37,385 nt of DNA. It comes from Chthoniobacteraceae bacterium (GTDB lineage: Bacteria > Verrucomicrobiota > Verrucomicrobiia > Chthoniobacterales > Chthoniobacteraceae). The notes under the pieces are model-generated. The model was not told the origin of the DNA, ran no database searches, and saw only the letters and a program-made list of their open reading frames with translations. The stretch covers positions 1 to 37,385 of the forward strand of contig JANNWY010000289.1 of the NCBI GenBank assembly GCA_031409335.1. The letters run 5' to 3'. Positions 8,326 through 18,209 of this stretch are shown here, in pieces (position 1 is the first letter of the stretch; each line of letters opens with the position of its first letter). Position numbers and translations under genes: made by a program.

Positions 8326-10245
8326 CTAGCGCGCGGAAACTGGCTGCGGCGTCCCGAGGAATTGATCCTCGAATGCGATCCATGCCGCGATGCGACTGCG
8401 CAGGCGCTGGACCAGTTCCGGCTGCGCGGCAGTCTCGTCGCGCTGCTCACGCGGATCGGCCGCGAGATCGAACAAGGACTCCCGCCCGGTCGATGCCTCG
8501 AAGAAATATTTCCAGCGCTCTTCGCGGATTCCCAAAATGTAATCATCCACGCTCGCGACAACGAACGTGCGGTCGGGCCGGCCTTTCTCAAAGAGGCTGT
8601 GGCCCTGCCAGCCGTCGGGAATATCCGCGCCGAGAATGTCGGCAATCGTCGCGTTGAGATCCACGTGCCCGCCGATGTCCGCGAGCCGCCGCCCTTCCGG
8701 AAACAGGCGCGGATTCCAAATCATCAGCGGCACGCTCACCTCCTCTTCATAGACCGAAAAGCCGTGCCCCTGCTGATCGTGTGGATCGCCAAATGCCTCG
8801 CCATGATCGCCGGTCAACACGACGAGCGTGTCGTCGGCGATGCCGCGTTCGCGCAGCGCCGCGAAGAGCCGCCCGAGATGTGCATCCGTCTCGTGGAGGA
8901 CATTCAGGTATCGCGACAGCGACTCGCGGTGCTTGGGCGGCGGATGGTTTCCGAAGAAATCCACGCGCTTCGATCCGGGCCGGCGCATGTAGGGATTGTG
9001 AGTCTGATCCGTCCAGCAGTAGGCGAGAAACGGCTGGCCGGGCTTTTCGTCGATCCAACCGATCAAGCGATCGATCAGATAACGATCCTCCGCGCCCCAC
9101 GAGGTCAGCTCGGGCGCTTTGAAATCGCGGTAGTCTTCGACCGTGTCGTAGCCAGCCCCGGTGAGCGCGACTTTCGAGCCGCCCCAATCCATGTCGCCAT
9201 TGTGAAAGTATCCCGTGCGCGATCCACGCTGCTGCATCACCGATGCAAAGGTCGTCGGCAGCGGATTTCCACCACCCGGCGCGTAACACCACGGCAGGCC
9301 GGGATAGATCGAAAAATTCACCGCGATAAACGTGCAAAACGTGTAGGGCGCATGCGCGTAAAAATTGTCGAAGACGAGCGCGTGGCGCGACTCGGCGAGC
9401 AGGCGCGGAGTCACGGCGTACGGGCTTCCGTAGAGGCTCAGGTATTTCGTGCCGACGGATTCAAGCACGACGACGATCACGTTGCGCGGTCGCGCCACAG
9501 TCGGCTGAAAGCCCGTGCGCGGTCGCGCGCCGCGCTTGCCGAAGACTTGCAATTCATCCTGATACTCGGGCGGAAATTCGCGCGGCAACGATGGATGCCG
9601 TCGGCCGGAAAGTCCGACGACCGTCGAGCGCAGCAATTCCACATGCGGCGAAATGACGAGCCGCTGCGCCTTGCGTCCGCGCGTCCGATCGACCGGCTGC
9701 CACGCGCCCACCGCGATCCAAATTCCCATGCCGCCGATGATCGCCGGGGAAAAAATGCGCCCCTTCGCGCCGTGCCACACCGCGAACAGAAACGCCAGCG
9801 GCGCGAGGATGAACGCGGCTGCGATGGGCCACGTCACCCGGTCCATGATGGATGATTTCACCGCCGCGCCACGCATCAGTTTGAGAATGTCGAAACTCAG
9901 CGGCCGGTCGAGCGCCTCGAAAACGCCGTACGCCGCGACGCTGTAAATCGCGCACAGCGCGCATCCGCTCACCACCGCGGCATGGACGAGGATCGGATTT
10001 CGCGAGCGCCGCGAAAGCCACCACGCGACCGCTTCGCCGATGACTCCGACGGCGAGCGCAAAGAGCGCGTCGCGCCAGGACACGCCCGCGAGTTCCAGCA
10101 ACCAGCGCCACGAATGCGGCACACCGAGCGACACCGCCTTTGCCGTCGTGAGGACGATCGCCAGCCAGAACGCCACCCACACGAGCGCGAGCGGGCGGCG
10201 GCGGCCGGGAGCGGGGTTGCGCGTTTTGTCATCAACTCGTCGCAT
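8326..10245 (-). CDS. LTA synthase / phosphoglycerol-transferase-like membrane protein (alkaline phosphatase/sulfatase superfamily)
   Basis: About five N-terminal TM helices, then NVIVVVLES, HAPYT (Thr at the nucleophile position, no CxPxR sulfatase motif), THNPY and TGDHGE metal-binding motifs. Start M36 of the ORF track is approximate. Confidence 0.85.
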   Translation of the reverse strand: MRRVDDKTRNPAPGRRRPLALVWVAFWLAIVLTTAKAVSLGVPHSWRWLLELAGVSWRDALFALAVGVIGEAVAWWLSRRSRNPILVHAAVVSGCALCAIYSVAAYGVFEALDRPLSFDILKLMRGAAVKSSIMDRVTWPIAAAFILAPLAFLFAVWHGAKGRIFSPAIIGGMGIWIAVGAWQPVDRTRGRKAQRLVISPHVELLRSTVVGLSGRRHPSLPREFPPEYQDELQVFGKRGARPRTGFQPTVARPRNVIVVVLESVGTKYLSLYGSPYAVTPRLLAESRHALVFDNFYAHAPYTFCTFIAVNFSIYPGLPWCYAPGGGNPLPTTFASVMQQRGSRTGYFHNGDMDWGGSKVALTGAGYDTVEDYRDFKAPELTSWGAEDRYLIDRLIGWIDEKPGQPFLAYCWTDQTHNPYMRRPGSKRVDFFGNHPPPKHRESLSRYLNVLHETDAHLGRLFAALRERGIADDTLVVLTGDHGEAFGDPHDQQGHGFSVYEEEVSVPLMIWNPRLFPEGRRLADIGGHVDLNATIADILGADIPDGWQGHSLFEKGRPDRTFVVASVDDYILGIREERWKYFFEASTGRESLFDLAADPREQRDETAAQPELVQRLRSRIAAWIAFEDQFLGTPQPVSAR

Positions 10246-10298
10246 TTTTGTAACACGCTCTACGCGCGGCCTCCGTCCCCGGTCAACCTCAAGCGCGG

Positions 10299-12881
10299 CT
10301 ATTCGCCATCCGTCACATACAAATTCATCCGCGCCCGGCTGCCCGCCCATTTGAGCGCGTCGTTGCCGATGAGTTTCGTCTCGCCGCCGCGCGTGTCGCG
10401 GATGTGGACCTTGTGGTTCGCTTGATAAATGCTCGCGCCATAGACGATGGAAATGCGGCTGTCGCGGTTCTCGAACATCGGGCGGTCCTCGGGGATTTTC
10501 CCGATCGGGTAAATGAATGCGCCAAGCAATTCCGTGGCGGCGCCAGACTCGGCGAGCAGCTTCTGACTTTCGTATTCGGTCTTAAAGCCAAGCGCCCAGA
10601 TCGTCGCGCCGCGGCTCGTGATGCACGGCCCGGCGGCATGGCTCTCGGGATTCCACTGCCGCACCCAGACCCGCTGTGGGTGATCGAAGTGCCAGTCCGC
10701 GCAGCCAATGTCTTCGGCAAAAAGTTTTCCACCAGCCATGCCGGTCGAGTAGCGACCTGGCGAGCTGCTGCGGAGCACGAGCGTCGCGGGCGAGGCATGC
10801 TGGATGTGGACGCAGCCGAGGCGGTCGAGCACGACGGTGCGCTTCGCGTCCGGCTCGTCGAAAATGAGCAGCGGCGGCGGCGCGCTGGCGGCATCCGTCT
10901 GTGCGCGCCTGTGTTCGTTTTTCCAGACTTTCGACGGCCAGTTCAGCTCTCCGCCGAAACCGACGAGCCGCTCGATCTTGCCGTGCAGCCGGATCGGCGT
11001 GTGAAATTCCATCCGCTCATCGCGCGGGAAATAGATGACGCGCGCGCCGCTCTCGATGGCGGCCTGCACGGCGGGCGACCAGTCGTCGCCAGTTTTTCTG
11101 TCGGCGAATTTCATAATGCTCACCCACTCGCTCACTGGCACAGCGGGCGGCGCGGGGGTTTCTTCGATGGGCAATTTCAGCGCGCCTTTCGCGTTGCCGA
11201 AACCATTGACGATTTGATCGCCGACATACTCGGCGATGTCCGGTCCGGCGATGATCGCATCTTTCCACTCGACGGGTTTCTGCGAAACGAGCGCGCGCTT
11301 CGCGATCGCGTGGCCGTAGCCCGCGGTCTTCACGCGCAGCGCATAGAGTCCGCCTTCCGCCTGGATGGCGGGCACCGTATTCGCGCCACCTTTCAGACTG
11401 GAATCCAGCAGCGTCACCATCGAGTTCGCGCCTTCGCTCACGATGGCTGGCACCGCGTTTTCAGAAATGAGCCCGCGGATCGCGAGGATGTTGCCCTGAT
11501 TGAAAATGCCCGCCTTTTTCTGACCGCTCAGCCGCACGTGCTCAAAGGTCATCGAGTACTCCTGATAGCGCGACTGGATGCCGTAATCGAAGCCCTCGAC
11601 GCGCACGTTTTTCACCAGCGCCGGGCCGCAATCGTGATGCGTGAGATCCAGCCCGCACACGCCCGCGCCGTCGCCACTGCGGATCACAACATTCTCCAGC
11701 CGCCCGATGTTGTTGGCGTGAAATTCCAAGCCGCGCGCGCCGGGATTTTTTTTCCCAGTGTCGAACGCGATGCCATCGAGATAGATGCTGATGCTGCTCC
11801 CGTTCACGCCTTTGTAGGAACCGGGCGCGCCCCGCGAACTGCTCATGCGCAGGATCGGTTTCGGATTTGCCGGATCGGTGAAGACCCCGTCCTTGAGCTT
11901 CAGCACCGTCTTGTCCGGCCCCGCGCCTTTCACGTCGATGAAGCGTCCGCCCTGGATCACATCGCTGATGAGATACGTGCCCGGCGGCACGACGAGCGTG
12001 TGGTAGGCGAGCGGCACGCGGCTGCACAGCGCGGCGAAGGCATTCGCAAACGCCGCCGTGTCATCCGTCTTGCCATCGCCGACCGCGCCGAAGTGTTCCT
12101 TCACATCCATGCAGCCCGCGTCCGCCGGCACGATCTGCTGCCCGCTCTCAAAGCTCACGCCGGTCAGCGACTCCTGCCGCGCACGCAGGAAAAGCGCGGG
12201 TCGCAGCGCCTGCGGCGTGACGCGCACCTCGTCCACGAGGCCCGCAAATTTTCCGCCGCCAATCTCAATCGACCCGTCATCGAAGGTGAGCGCCTCCGCG
12301 ATCGGTTCGGTGTTCGAGAGATGGTAATCCACGCAGCTCGTCACGGTCTTGCGCGCCGCATCGAAGACGAGCGCGACATGCCGCCACGCCAAGTCCTTTC
12401 CTCCCGCATACTGCGCCGCGCTGCCGTAGTAGCCGCAGGAAATCGTCCGCCGCTGCTGACCCGGTGGCGTCACGAAACCGCGAAAGTAAAACTGATTGTG
12501 CTGGCGAAAGTGATCCAGCATCAACCCCGCCTCCGCAGCGGAATCGCCGTTGCGGGTCTTGCGCACGAACGCCGCGTCCGTCGCCGCGAGCGGCTTCACG
12601 AACGCCTCGATCGTGAAACTCTGCCCGCTCGCAATCGCCGCCTTCAGCGCGAGCGCCGCGCCATCGCCTTTGAGTGAAAGCGAACGCGTGTTTGGCTGCG
12701 ATCGCTTCGTCAGCGGGTCGTAAATAAATGGCGCGGGAACTTCCGTGGAATACTCCGGCGTGCCGCTCCGCGCGGTCGCGGGATTTTCCGCTTCCATACG
12801 CAGCCGCGCAGGTTCGGCGGCAGCGAGCGGAGCGGGAATGGAAACGGCCAGAAGGAGCACGGGAAGCAGCGGAAATTTCAT
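10299..12881 (-). CDS. Secreted LamG-like + pectate_lyase_3-type beta-helix protein
   Basis: Signal peptide MKFPLLPVLLLAVS; LamG-like motifs FTIEAFVKP, WRHVALVFD, FAGLVDEVRV; DVKEHFGAVGDGKTDDTAAF and VPPGTYLIS. Confidence 0.85.
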   Translation of the reverse strand: MKFPLLPVLLLAVSIPAPLAAAEPARLRMEAENPATARSGTPEYSTEVPAPFIYDPLTKRSQPNTRSLSLKGDGAALALKAAIASGQSFTIEAFVKPLAATDAAFVRKTRNGDSAAEAGLMLDHFRQHNQFYFRGFVTPPGQQRRTISCGYYGSAAQYAGGKDLAWRHVALVFDAARKTVTSCVDYHLSNTEPIAEALTFDDGSIEIGGGKFAGLVDEVRVTPQALRPALFLRARQESLTGVSFESGQQIVPADAGCMDVKEHFGAVGDGKTDDTAAFANAFAALCSRVPLAYHTLVVPPGTYLISDVIQGGRFIDVKGAGPDKTVLKLKDGVFTDPANPKPILRMSSSRGAPGSYKGVNGSSISIYLDGIAFDTGKKNPGARGLEFHANNIGRLENVVIRSGDGAGVCGLDLTHHDCGPALVKNVRVEGFDYGIQSRYQEYSMTFEHVRLSGQKKAGIFNQGNILAIRGLISENAVPAIVSEGANSMVTLLDSSLKGGANTVPAIQAEGGLYALRVKTAGYGHAIAKRALVSQKPVEWKDAIIAGPDIAEYVGDQIVNGFGNAKGALKLPIEETPAPPAVPVSEWVSIMKFADRKTGDDWSPAVQAAIESGARVIYFPRDERMEFHTPIRLHGKIERLVGFGGELNWPSKVWKNEHRRAQTDAASAPPPLLIFDEPDAKRTVVLDRLGCVHIQHASPATLVLRSSSPGRYSTGMAGGKLFAEDIGCADWHFDHPQRVWVRQWNPESHAAGPCITSRGATIWALGFKTEYESQKLLAESGAATELLGAFIYPIGKIPEDRPMFENRDSRISIVYGASIYQANHKVHIRDTRGGETKLIGNDALKWAGSRARMNLYVTDGE

Positions 12882-12894
12882 GTGATTGCGAGCA

Positions 12895-12928
12895 ACTCTA
12901 TTTGTCGAAGATGACGCCGGGATGACAG
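12895..12928 (-). promoter_or_regulatory. Pho-box/OmpR-family-like direct repeat CTGTCAT-N4-GCGTCAT, N10, then -10 TAGAGT
   Basis: Half sites with 11-bp period; 19/21 identical to the motif at 14853-14873. Confidence 0.55.
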
Positions 12929-12939
12929 CCGCGGCGCGG

Positions 12940-14833
12940 CTATTTGGTGGATCCACTAAACAGCGACCAGGCGATCCAGCCACCCGCACCTTCCTGATTT
13001 TTGTCGAGCAGCCGCGTTTGCGTGCCGCGCTTTTCGCGGACTTTGTTCAGCGCGGTGTGCGAGTCAAAAGCGATCTCGCGGAGGCCGGCGACGCTGAAGG
13101 AGGCGTCGGCGATGTCGAAGCTCGGGCGCGGGTCCAGCTCCTCCTTCGTGCCGCCGTAGTTGAAGAGGCCGAGCACTTCCGTGCGCCCGCCGTTGCGCGT
13201 GGCAAAGCGGACGCCTTTGCCCTCGTGCTTCACGCCGAGGCACCAGAGCGTCGCGCCGTTGTTGCGCACGAGCCCTTCGTCGGTCGTGCCTTCCGGGTTG
13301 AATTGCCGCGCCCAGCATTTCTGGCCGGGCTTTTGCAGATCGAGTGTGCCGGGGACATCGGTAATGAAAATATCGCCGCCACCCGCACCGACGACATGCA
13401 CGCCGCAGCTCTCGACGAGCAGCGTGTTTTTCGCGGAGGCATTCGTAAGATGAATCGGCGCGCCGCCGAAGGAGTCGATGTTTTGAAACTTCACGAGCGG
13501 CGCGGATGCATCGTCCACGACAAAGCCGCCCTGCTTGCCGCGCAGCAGCCGCGCCCAGCCGCGCCCAGCCGAGCCCCATGACGATGCGCACCGGCGCGGG
13601 CACGCGGATCGCGCGATCGAGGTTGAACCAATTCGGTTCGCCGCCGCCGCAGCCGCGGAAATAGACCACCGTCGCGCCTTTCGCCGCCGCCGCGTCCATC
13701 GCTTTTTGAATGGCATCGCTGTCGTCCTTGCCGCCGCTGGCAGTCGCGCCGTAGTCATCGGCGCACAACCATTTCGCGGGATCGTTTTCCCACGGCACCT
13801 CCGGTTCGCGCTGGATCGGGAGGCTCAGGGAAACATCCGGCGCGTCGTCGAAAAGCCGCCGCACTTTCGAGGAGGAAAACTCGCCGATGTCCGTTCCGTC
13901 CACGGTTCCTCCAGATCCGCTGGACTCAATCGCTCGCGCAAACCCGCTCGTCTTCACATCGCGCGCATAGAGTTTTCCTTTGTTGATGATCGCGGCGCTC
14001 TTGCCATCCCCGCCGCTGAAACGTCCGCCGACGAGCGCGACGACCCCGCTCCAGTGTGCCCAGTCCTTTGGCATGTCGTTCATCACGGCGAGCGGCGTAT
14101 TTTCCACCACGAGATCCTCGGCAGCGACGACATTAGCCGAAACATATAGCCCCTGCTTGCGGCAGTTCTTGATCGTCACGCGCGAAAGCGTCTCGCTCCA
14201 AATCCACTGGCTGAAGACGCCCGTCTCAAAGCCGTCGATCTCCACATCCTGAATCAGGTTCGGCCCGCTCTGGTCGAGGAAGCCGCCATTCACGCCGACC
14301 TTCCCGCGCCCGATCACGCGCACGTCTTTCAGGCAGCCGGAGTTCGTCGCGTAATAGCGGATGCCGTCCGTCTCCGGGTTGTTGCCCACGTCGATCGTGA
14401 AGTGCCGCAGATTCCGCATGAACCAATCCGCGGAAGTCGGCCCCTTTTCATTCGGATGCGTGCGCAGGACGCTCGTCACCTCTTTCACGCCGTCATCGAG
14501 CTTGATGACCACGCCATCGCGCGACTCGCCGTAGAGCCACGGCCCGAGCGCGGTTTTTACCACCAGCGGTTTCGTCACGCGGTAGGTGCCATTCGGCAAA
14601 AAGAGCGCGTTGGTTTTGCCGCCGCGCCGCTCCTTGTCGTTGCCGCAACTCGCCTCGATCGCGCGCTGCAACGCCTCGGTGTCGTCCGTCTTCCCATCGC
14701 CCTTCGCGCCGAAATCGCGCCTGACATCGAGCACGCTGGCATCCTGTGGGAAGGTGTAGCGGAGCGAAGGATTTTTCGAGAAGCCGAACAACGGGAGGGC
14801 GAGCAGGAGCGCAACGAGACGATGAGTTTTCAT
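12940..14833 (-). pseudogene. Secreted pectate_lyase_3-type beta-helix protein, frameshifted; paralog of 10299..12881
   Basis: N-terminal part (MKTHRL..., DFGAKGDGKTDDT) is in ORF 13064..14965. C-terminal part (WARQFNPE, GATLWCLGVKHE, matching paralog WVRQWNPE, GATIWALGFKTE) is in ORF 12940..13758. The frames switch at a 10-bp tandem duplication. Confidence 0.85.
13551..13570. repeat. 10-bp tandem duplication (GCGCCCAGCC)x2 causing the frameshift
   Basis: Removing one copy restores ...MGLGWARLLRGKQGG... Confidence 0.9.
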
Positions 14834-14840
14834 GAATGCG

Positions 14841-14874
14841 AGAGTGGCGTTTGAAGATGACGCCAGCATGACAT
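14841..14874 (-). promoter_or_regulatory. Pho-box/OmpR-family-like direct repeat ATGTCAT-N4-GCGTCAT, N10, then CACTCT 7 nt before ATG
   Basis: Same architecture and spacing as 12895-12928. Confidence 0.55.
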
Positions 14875-14999
14875 TGGGCGGTGATTTCCAAAGCGGGCAA
14901 CTTCGACCACCGTCATCGCCTGGAGTGTGGCGGAGCGCGTTGCTCACGAGGTCGCCGAACTTCAAGCGATGCGCATTTCGCGATTACGAGGCTGCTTGC

Positions 15000-16406
15000 T
15001 CAAAGGGATTTCTTCGACGGGGTCTTGCTTGTCTTCCAGCCGTCCACCGTCAGTTCGCCGTTCACGCCGCATTCGAATTTCAGCGGCTTTTCCAAGCCCG
15101 CAGTCACGCCGGTCTGCTTGTTCGCGTAGCGCATCATGTCGGTCACGCCAGCGAGTTGGTTGTTCTCCACTGCCGCGCCGCCGCTGGCGTCGTTGCGGAA
15201 TAGCGGACGCTCAGTGCCGATGCATTCGATGATGTTGCCAGTAAAACGGAACGTCGTGAAATCGCTCTGATCGTTGAACCCGAACAGCCCTTCCGTGCGC
15301 GGCGTCTTCGTGGTGCGGGCGATGATGTGATTGTTCCGCACTTCGAGCTGCGCGTAGGGCTCGTTCATCCACATCACGCCGCGGCCAGGATTGCTCACGA
15401 GGTTGTTGTGAAAAAGGCACGGCCCTTTGGCCGGCTTGTCTCCGAAGGCGGCGATGAGATTTCCGCCGTCGCTCGTGGTTTTGAAATCGAAGAGGTTGTG
15501 GTCGATCTCCACGCCGTTGCGGACGAACTCGATCGAGTAACTGTCTTTGAAGTAGTTGTGATGGATGTGAAAGGTGCGCCCGCTTTTCGGCACCGGGCCG
15601 CCGGCATATTTCGGAATGCTGACCGCGGAGTGCAGGATGTTGTGGTCTATCTCCACATCCTCGTCACCCTCGAAGGGTAGCTCGATGGAGAAGCCCGCCT
15701 CAATCGTGTTGTGATGAATCCGCACGCGCCGCGCCTCGCGGCCTTTGATGCCGTAGTAGTGCTCGTGCGGGAGCTTTCGCGAATCGAGGAAACGATTGTT
15801 CCATATCTCCGTATCGCTTATCCACACGCCGAAAATCCCGCCGCCCGTGTTTCCGCCTTTTATTCCGAGCTGTCCTTTTTCCCAGCGCGAACCGGCATTC
15901 ACAAAGGTGCAGTCGTGAACCTTCACGCCCTTCATAATGTAAGTGCGGATGCCGCAATACATGAACTCCTCGATGCGCAACTCGTGAAAGTGCAGCCCTT
16001 CATTGGCCCAGCCAAAAATCGCGCCGTGCATCTTCGGGCCGGTGAGCGTCATGCCGGATACCGCGATGTTCTTCGCATCATTCGCGCAGCGGATGAGGTA
16101 ACCCGTGCGGTCGAACTTCTCGTGGTTCGTCTCCGTGTCCGGCAGCGTTGCGGGATTCGCCTGCCAGCCGTCCGCATTCGTGATGATGGTCTTGCCGATG
16201 CCCGCGCCCTTGAGCGTGACGCCCGATTTCAAATCGAGCGGCTGCGTGAGTTTGAAAGTGCCCTCGGCCAACTCGATAACCGCGCCGCTTTTCGCATTTG
16301 CGATGGCGGCGGCGAGTTCGTCGGTGGAGGTGGCGCGCTGCGCGTGCGCGGAAACAGCGAAGGTGGAAAGCAGCGCGGCGAGGAATCGTCGAATGGTCAT
16401 GAGCAT
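15000..16406 (-). CDS. Secreted right-handed parallel beta-helix protein
   Basis: Signal peptide (M)LMTIRRFLAALLSTFAVSAHA; AAIANAKSGAVIELAEGTF; repeated IHHN/IDHN/FHNN beta-helix rungs. Start is 16406 or 16400. Confidence 0.85.
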   Translation of the reverse strand: MLMTIRRFLAALLSTFAVSAHAQRATSTDELAAAIANAKSGAVIELAEGTFKLTQPLDLKSGVTLKGAGIGKTIITNADGWQANPATLPDTETNHEKFDRTGYLIRCANDAKNIAVSGMTLTGPKMHGAIFGWANEGLHFHELRIEEFMYCGIRTYIMKGVKVHDCTFVNAGSRWEKGQLGIKGGNTGGGIFGVWISDTEIWNNRFLDSRKLPHEHYYGIKGREARRVRIHHNTIEAGFSIELPFEGDEDVEIDHNILHSAVSIPKYAGGPVPKSGRTFHIHHNYFKDSYSIEFVRNGVEIDHNLFDFKTTSDGGNLIAAFGDKPAKGPCLFHNNLVSNPGRGVMWMNEPYAQLEVRNNHIIARTTKTPRTEGLFGFNDQSDFTTFRFTGNIIECIGTERPLFRNDASGGAAVENNQLAGVTDMMRYANKQTGVTAGLEKPLKFECGVNGELTVDGWKTSKTPSKKSL

Positions 16407-16589
16407 GGGTTTGTCGGAAAATGGGGGATCAGCGGCAACGGCGATATGAACACCGAGCACGCGACCCAGCCTTCAGTGCCGGGCTTTTCGCGGACTTTGT
16501 GCAGCGCAGCGGCGCTGAACGACGGGAACATCGTCACGCTGCGGAGGGTGGCGGAAACTCGAGCGAGTCGGAAGGGTGCCTTTTGGGAT

Positions 16590-16609
16590 CACAGCCTGGA
16601 GAGGCTGTG
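16590..16609. repeat. Hairpin CACAGCCT-GGAG-AGGCTGTG abutting the mcsB stop codon (REP-like or terminator)
   Basis: Perfect 8-bp stem with 4-nt loop; no U-tract in the mcsB direction. Confidence 0.45.
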
Positions 16610-17710
16610 TCACTCTGGCTGCTTCGGACCTTCGCCGCCGCTCCCGACGATGGGAGCCGGAAAGGCAGCGAGTTTGGCGCGGATGATTTCAGCGCGCAGC
16701 GCGTCGCGCTCGTCGGCGGCGAGTTTTTGCTGAGAGCCTTTTTGGAGGTGCGCGGGCTGCGTTTCCATGAAGAGTTCGTCGAGCGGAATGCGGCAATTTT
16801 CCGGGAAGAAACTGAGGTCGATGCCGAGCTTCATGAACGAGAGAAGGTTCAGGGCTTCTTTGGAAGTCATCGAATGCGCGTGGCGCAGGATGCCGTAGCC
16901 GCGGCCGACGTGATCGAGCAATTTGGTCGCCTGTTTTTGCAGCAGGGCGGCGCGGGCGTTTTGTTCGTGCTCGATGATTTGCTCGATGACTTTTTGCAGC
17001 CGCGCGATGATTTCGTCCTCCTTTTCGCCGAGCGTGGTTTGGTTGGAAACCTGGAACAGATTTCCCATCGCCTCGGTGCCCTCACCGTAGAGGCCGCGGA
17101 CGGCGAGGCCAATTTTGTTGACGGCCTGGATGACTTGGTTGATCTGCTCGGAGACGACGAGCGCGGGCAGATGCACCATTGCCGAGGCGCGCATTCCGGT
17201 GCCGACATTCGTGGGGCACGCGGTGAGGTAGCCGAGCTTGGGGTCGAAGGCGAATTCGACCTGCGCATCGAGTTCGGAGTCCACCTTGTCGATCATTTTG
17301 AAAACGTTCTTGAGCTGGAGCCCGCTGCGAATCGCCTGCATCCGCAAATGATCCTCTTCGTTAATCATGATCGAGAGCGTCTGCTTGCGATTCATCACCA
17401 CCGCGGAGCCGACGCCTTTCGCGGCGTGTTCGCGGGAAATGAGGTGCCGCTCGACGAGCACCTGCTTTTCGAGCGCCGAAAGATCCTGCGAATAGACGGA
17501 ATGCGCGTCCGCCATTTCGGGGAGCGCTTCGACCTGCGGCTTGATGGCATCGAGGATCTGGAGTCGCTCGGTTTTTTTTGCCCAGCCGGGAAAGGCGAAG
17601 CTGCGGAGATTCCGCGCGAGCCGCACGCGGCTGCTGATGACGACCTGATGGTGCGGGCCTTCGCCGCGCTGCCATTCGCCAGAGTTGGTGAGAATGTTGT
17701 GGATCGCCAT
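16610..17710 (-). CDS. mcsB: Protein arginine kinase McsB
   Basis: ISSRVRLARN, INEEDHLR, GYLTACPTNVGTGMRASAMVHLP, VRGLYGEG, FQVSNQTTLG; lies directly after mcsA. Start MAIHNIL. Confidence 0.95.
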   Translation of the reverse strand: MAIHNILTNSGEWQRGEGPHHQVVISSRVRLARNLRSFAFPGWAKKTERLQILDAIKPQVEALPEMADAHSVYSQDLSALEKQVLVERHLISREHAAKGVGSAVVMNRKQTLSIMINEEDHLRMQAIRSGLQLKNVFKMIDKVDSELDAQVEFAFDPKLGYLTACPTNVGTGMRASAMVHLPALVVSEQINQVIQAVNKIGLAVRGLYGEGTEAMGNLFQVSNQTTLGEKEDEIIARLQKVIEQIIEHEQNARAALLQKQATKLLDHVGRGYGILRHAHSMTSKEALNLLSFMKLGIDLSFFPENCRIPLDELFMETQPAHLQKGSQQKLAADERDALRAEIIRAKLAAFPAPIVGSGGEGPKQPE

Positions 17711-17718
17711 GGCGCGGG

Positions 17719-18204
17719 TCACCCGTTGCTTTCGCTCGCGCGGATCTGGTCGCGGAGGCGGGCGGCGGTTTCGTAGTTTTCCTCGGAAACGGCGAGCCGG
17801 AGATCGCGGTGCAAATCCTTCAGGCGCGACTCGCGCTCCATCGAAACGGCGAGCTGGCTCGGGACTTTGCCCACGTGCAAGACGCCCTTGTGCATTCCCT
17901 TCAGCAGCGGCGCGAGCCCTTCCGCGAAAGTCTGGTAACACGCCGAGCAGCCAAGCCGCCCGGTCTTCTTGAAATCGGCCTGGCCGAACCCGCAAACCGG
18001 ACATTTTTGCGCGTTGCCGCCGCGCTCCATTTCCTGCGCCGCACCGAGCCCGAGCAGGAGATCGGCGAGCGCGAACCCAGTGGGATCGGTCACACCCTTA
18101 TCCTTGGAACAAGCCTCGCAGAGATTCACTTTTTGCATTTTCCCCTCCACGATCTGGGTGAGAAAAACGGTCGCCTGATTGTTCTTACAAACGTCGCAAA
18201 TCAT
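17719..18204 (-). CDS. mcsA: McsB activator McsA (four CxxC motifs + UVR domain)
   Basis: CDVC, CEAC, CPVC, GRLGCSACY, and C-terminal ENYETAARLRDQI. Confidence 0.95.
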   Translation of the reverse strand: MICDVCKNNQATVFLTQIVEGKMQKVNLCEACSKDKGVTDPTGFALADLLLGLGAAQEMERGGNAQKCPVCGFGQADFKKTGRLGCSACYQTFAEGLAPLLKGMHKGVLHVGKVPSQLAVSMERESRLKDLHRDLRLAVSEENYETAARLRDQIRASESNG

Positions 18205-18209
18205 CGGAG

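Noticed and set aside
8262..8645. N-terminal extension of the kinase ORF, and similar extensions of Sel1, mcsB, the PEP-CTERM gene and hicB
   Set aside because: They overlap neighbouring genes; downstream starts give signal peptides, family-typical N-termini or stop/start coupling.
10404..12677. 757-aa plus-strand ORF, and similar long ORFs at 3322-4731, 6510-8003, 8128-9855 and 16421-17776
   Set aside because: Antisense shadows of well-supported minus-strand genes in GC-rich DNA; Arg/Ala-rich with no motifs.
16407..16470. Third copy of the Pho-box-like motif upstream of the third beta-helix gene
   Set aside because: Only a single weak GTTCAT half-site; no 11-bp repeat.
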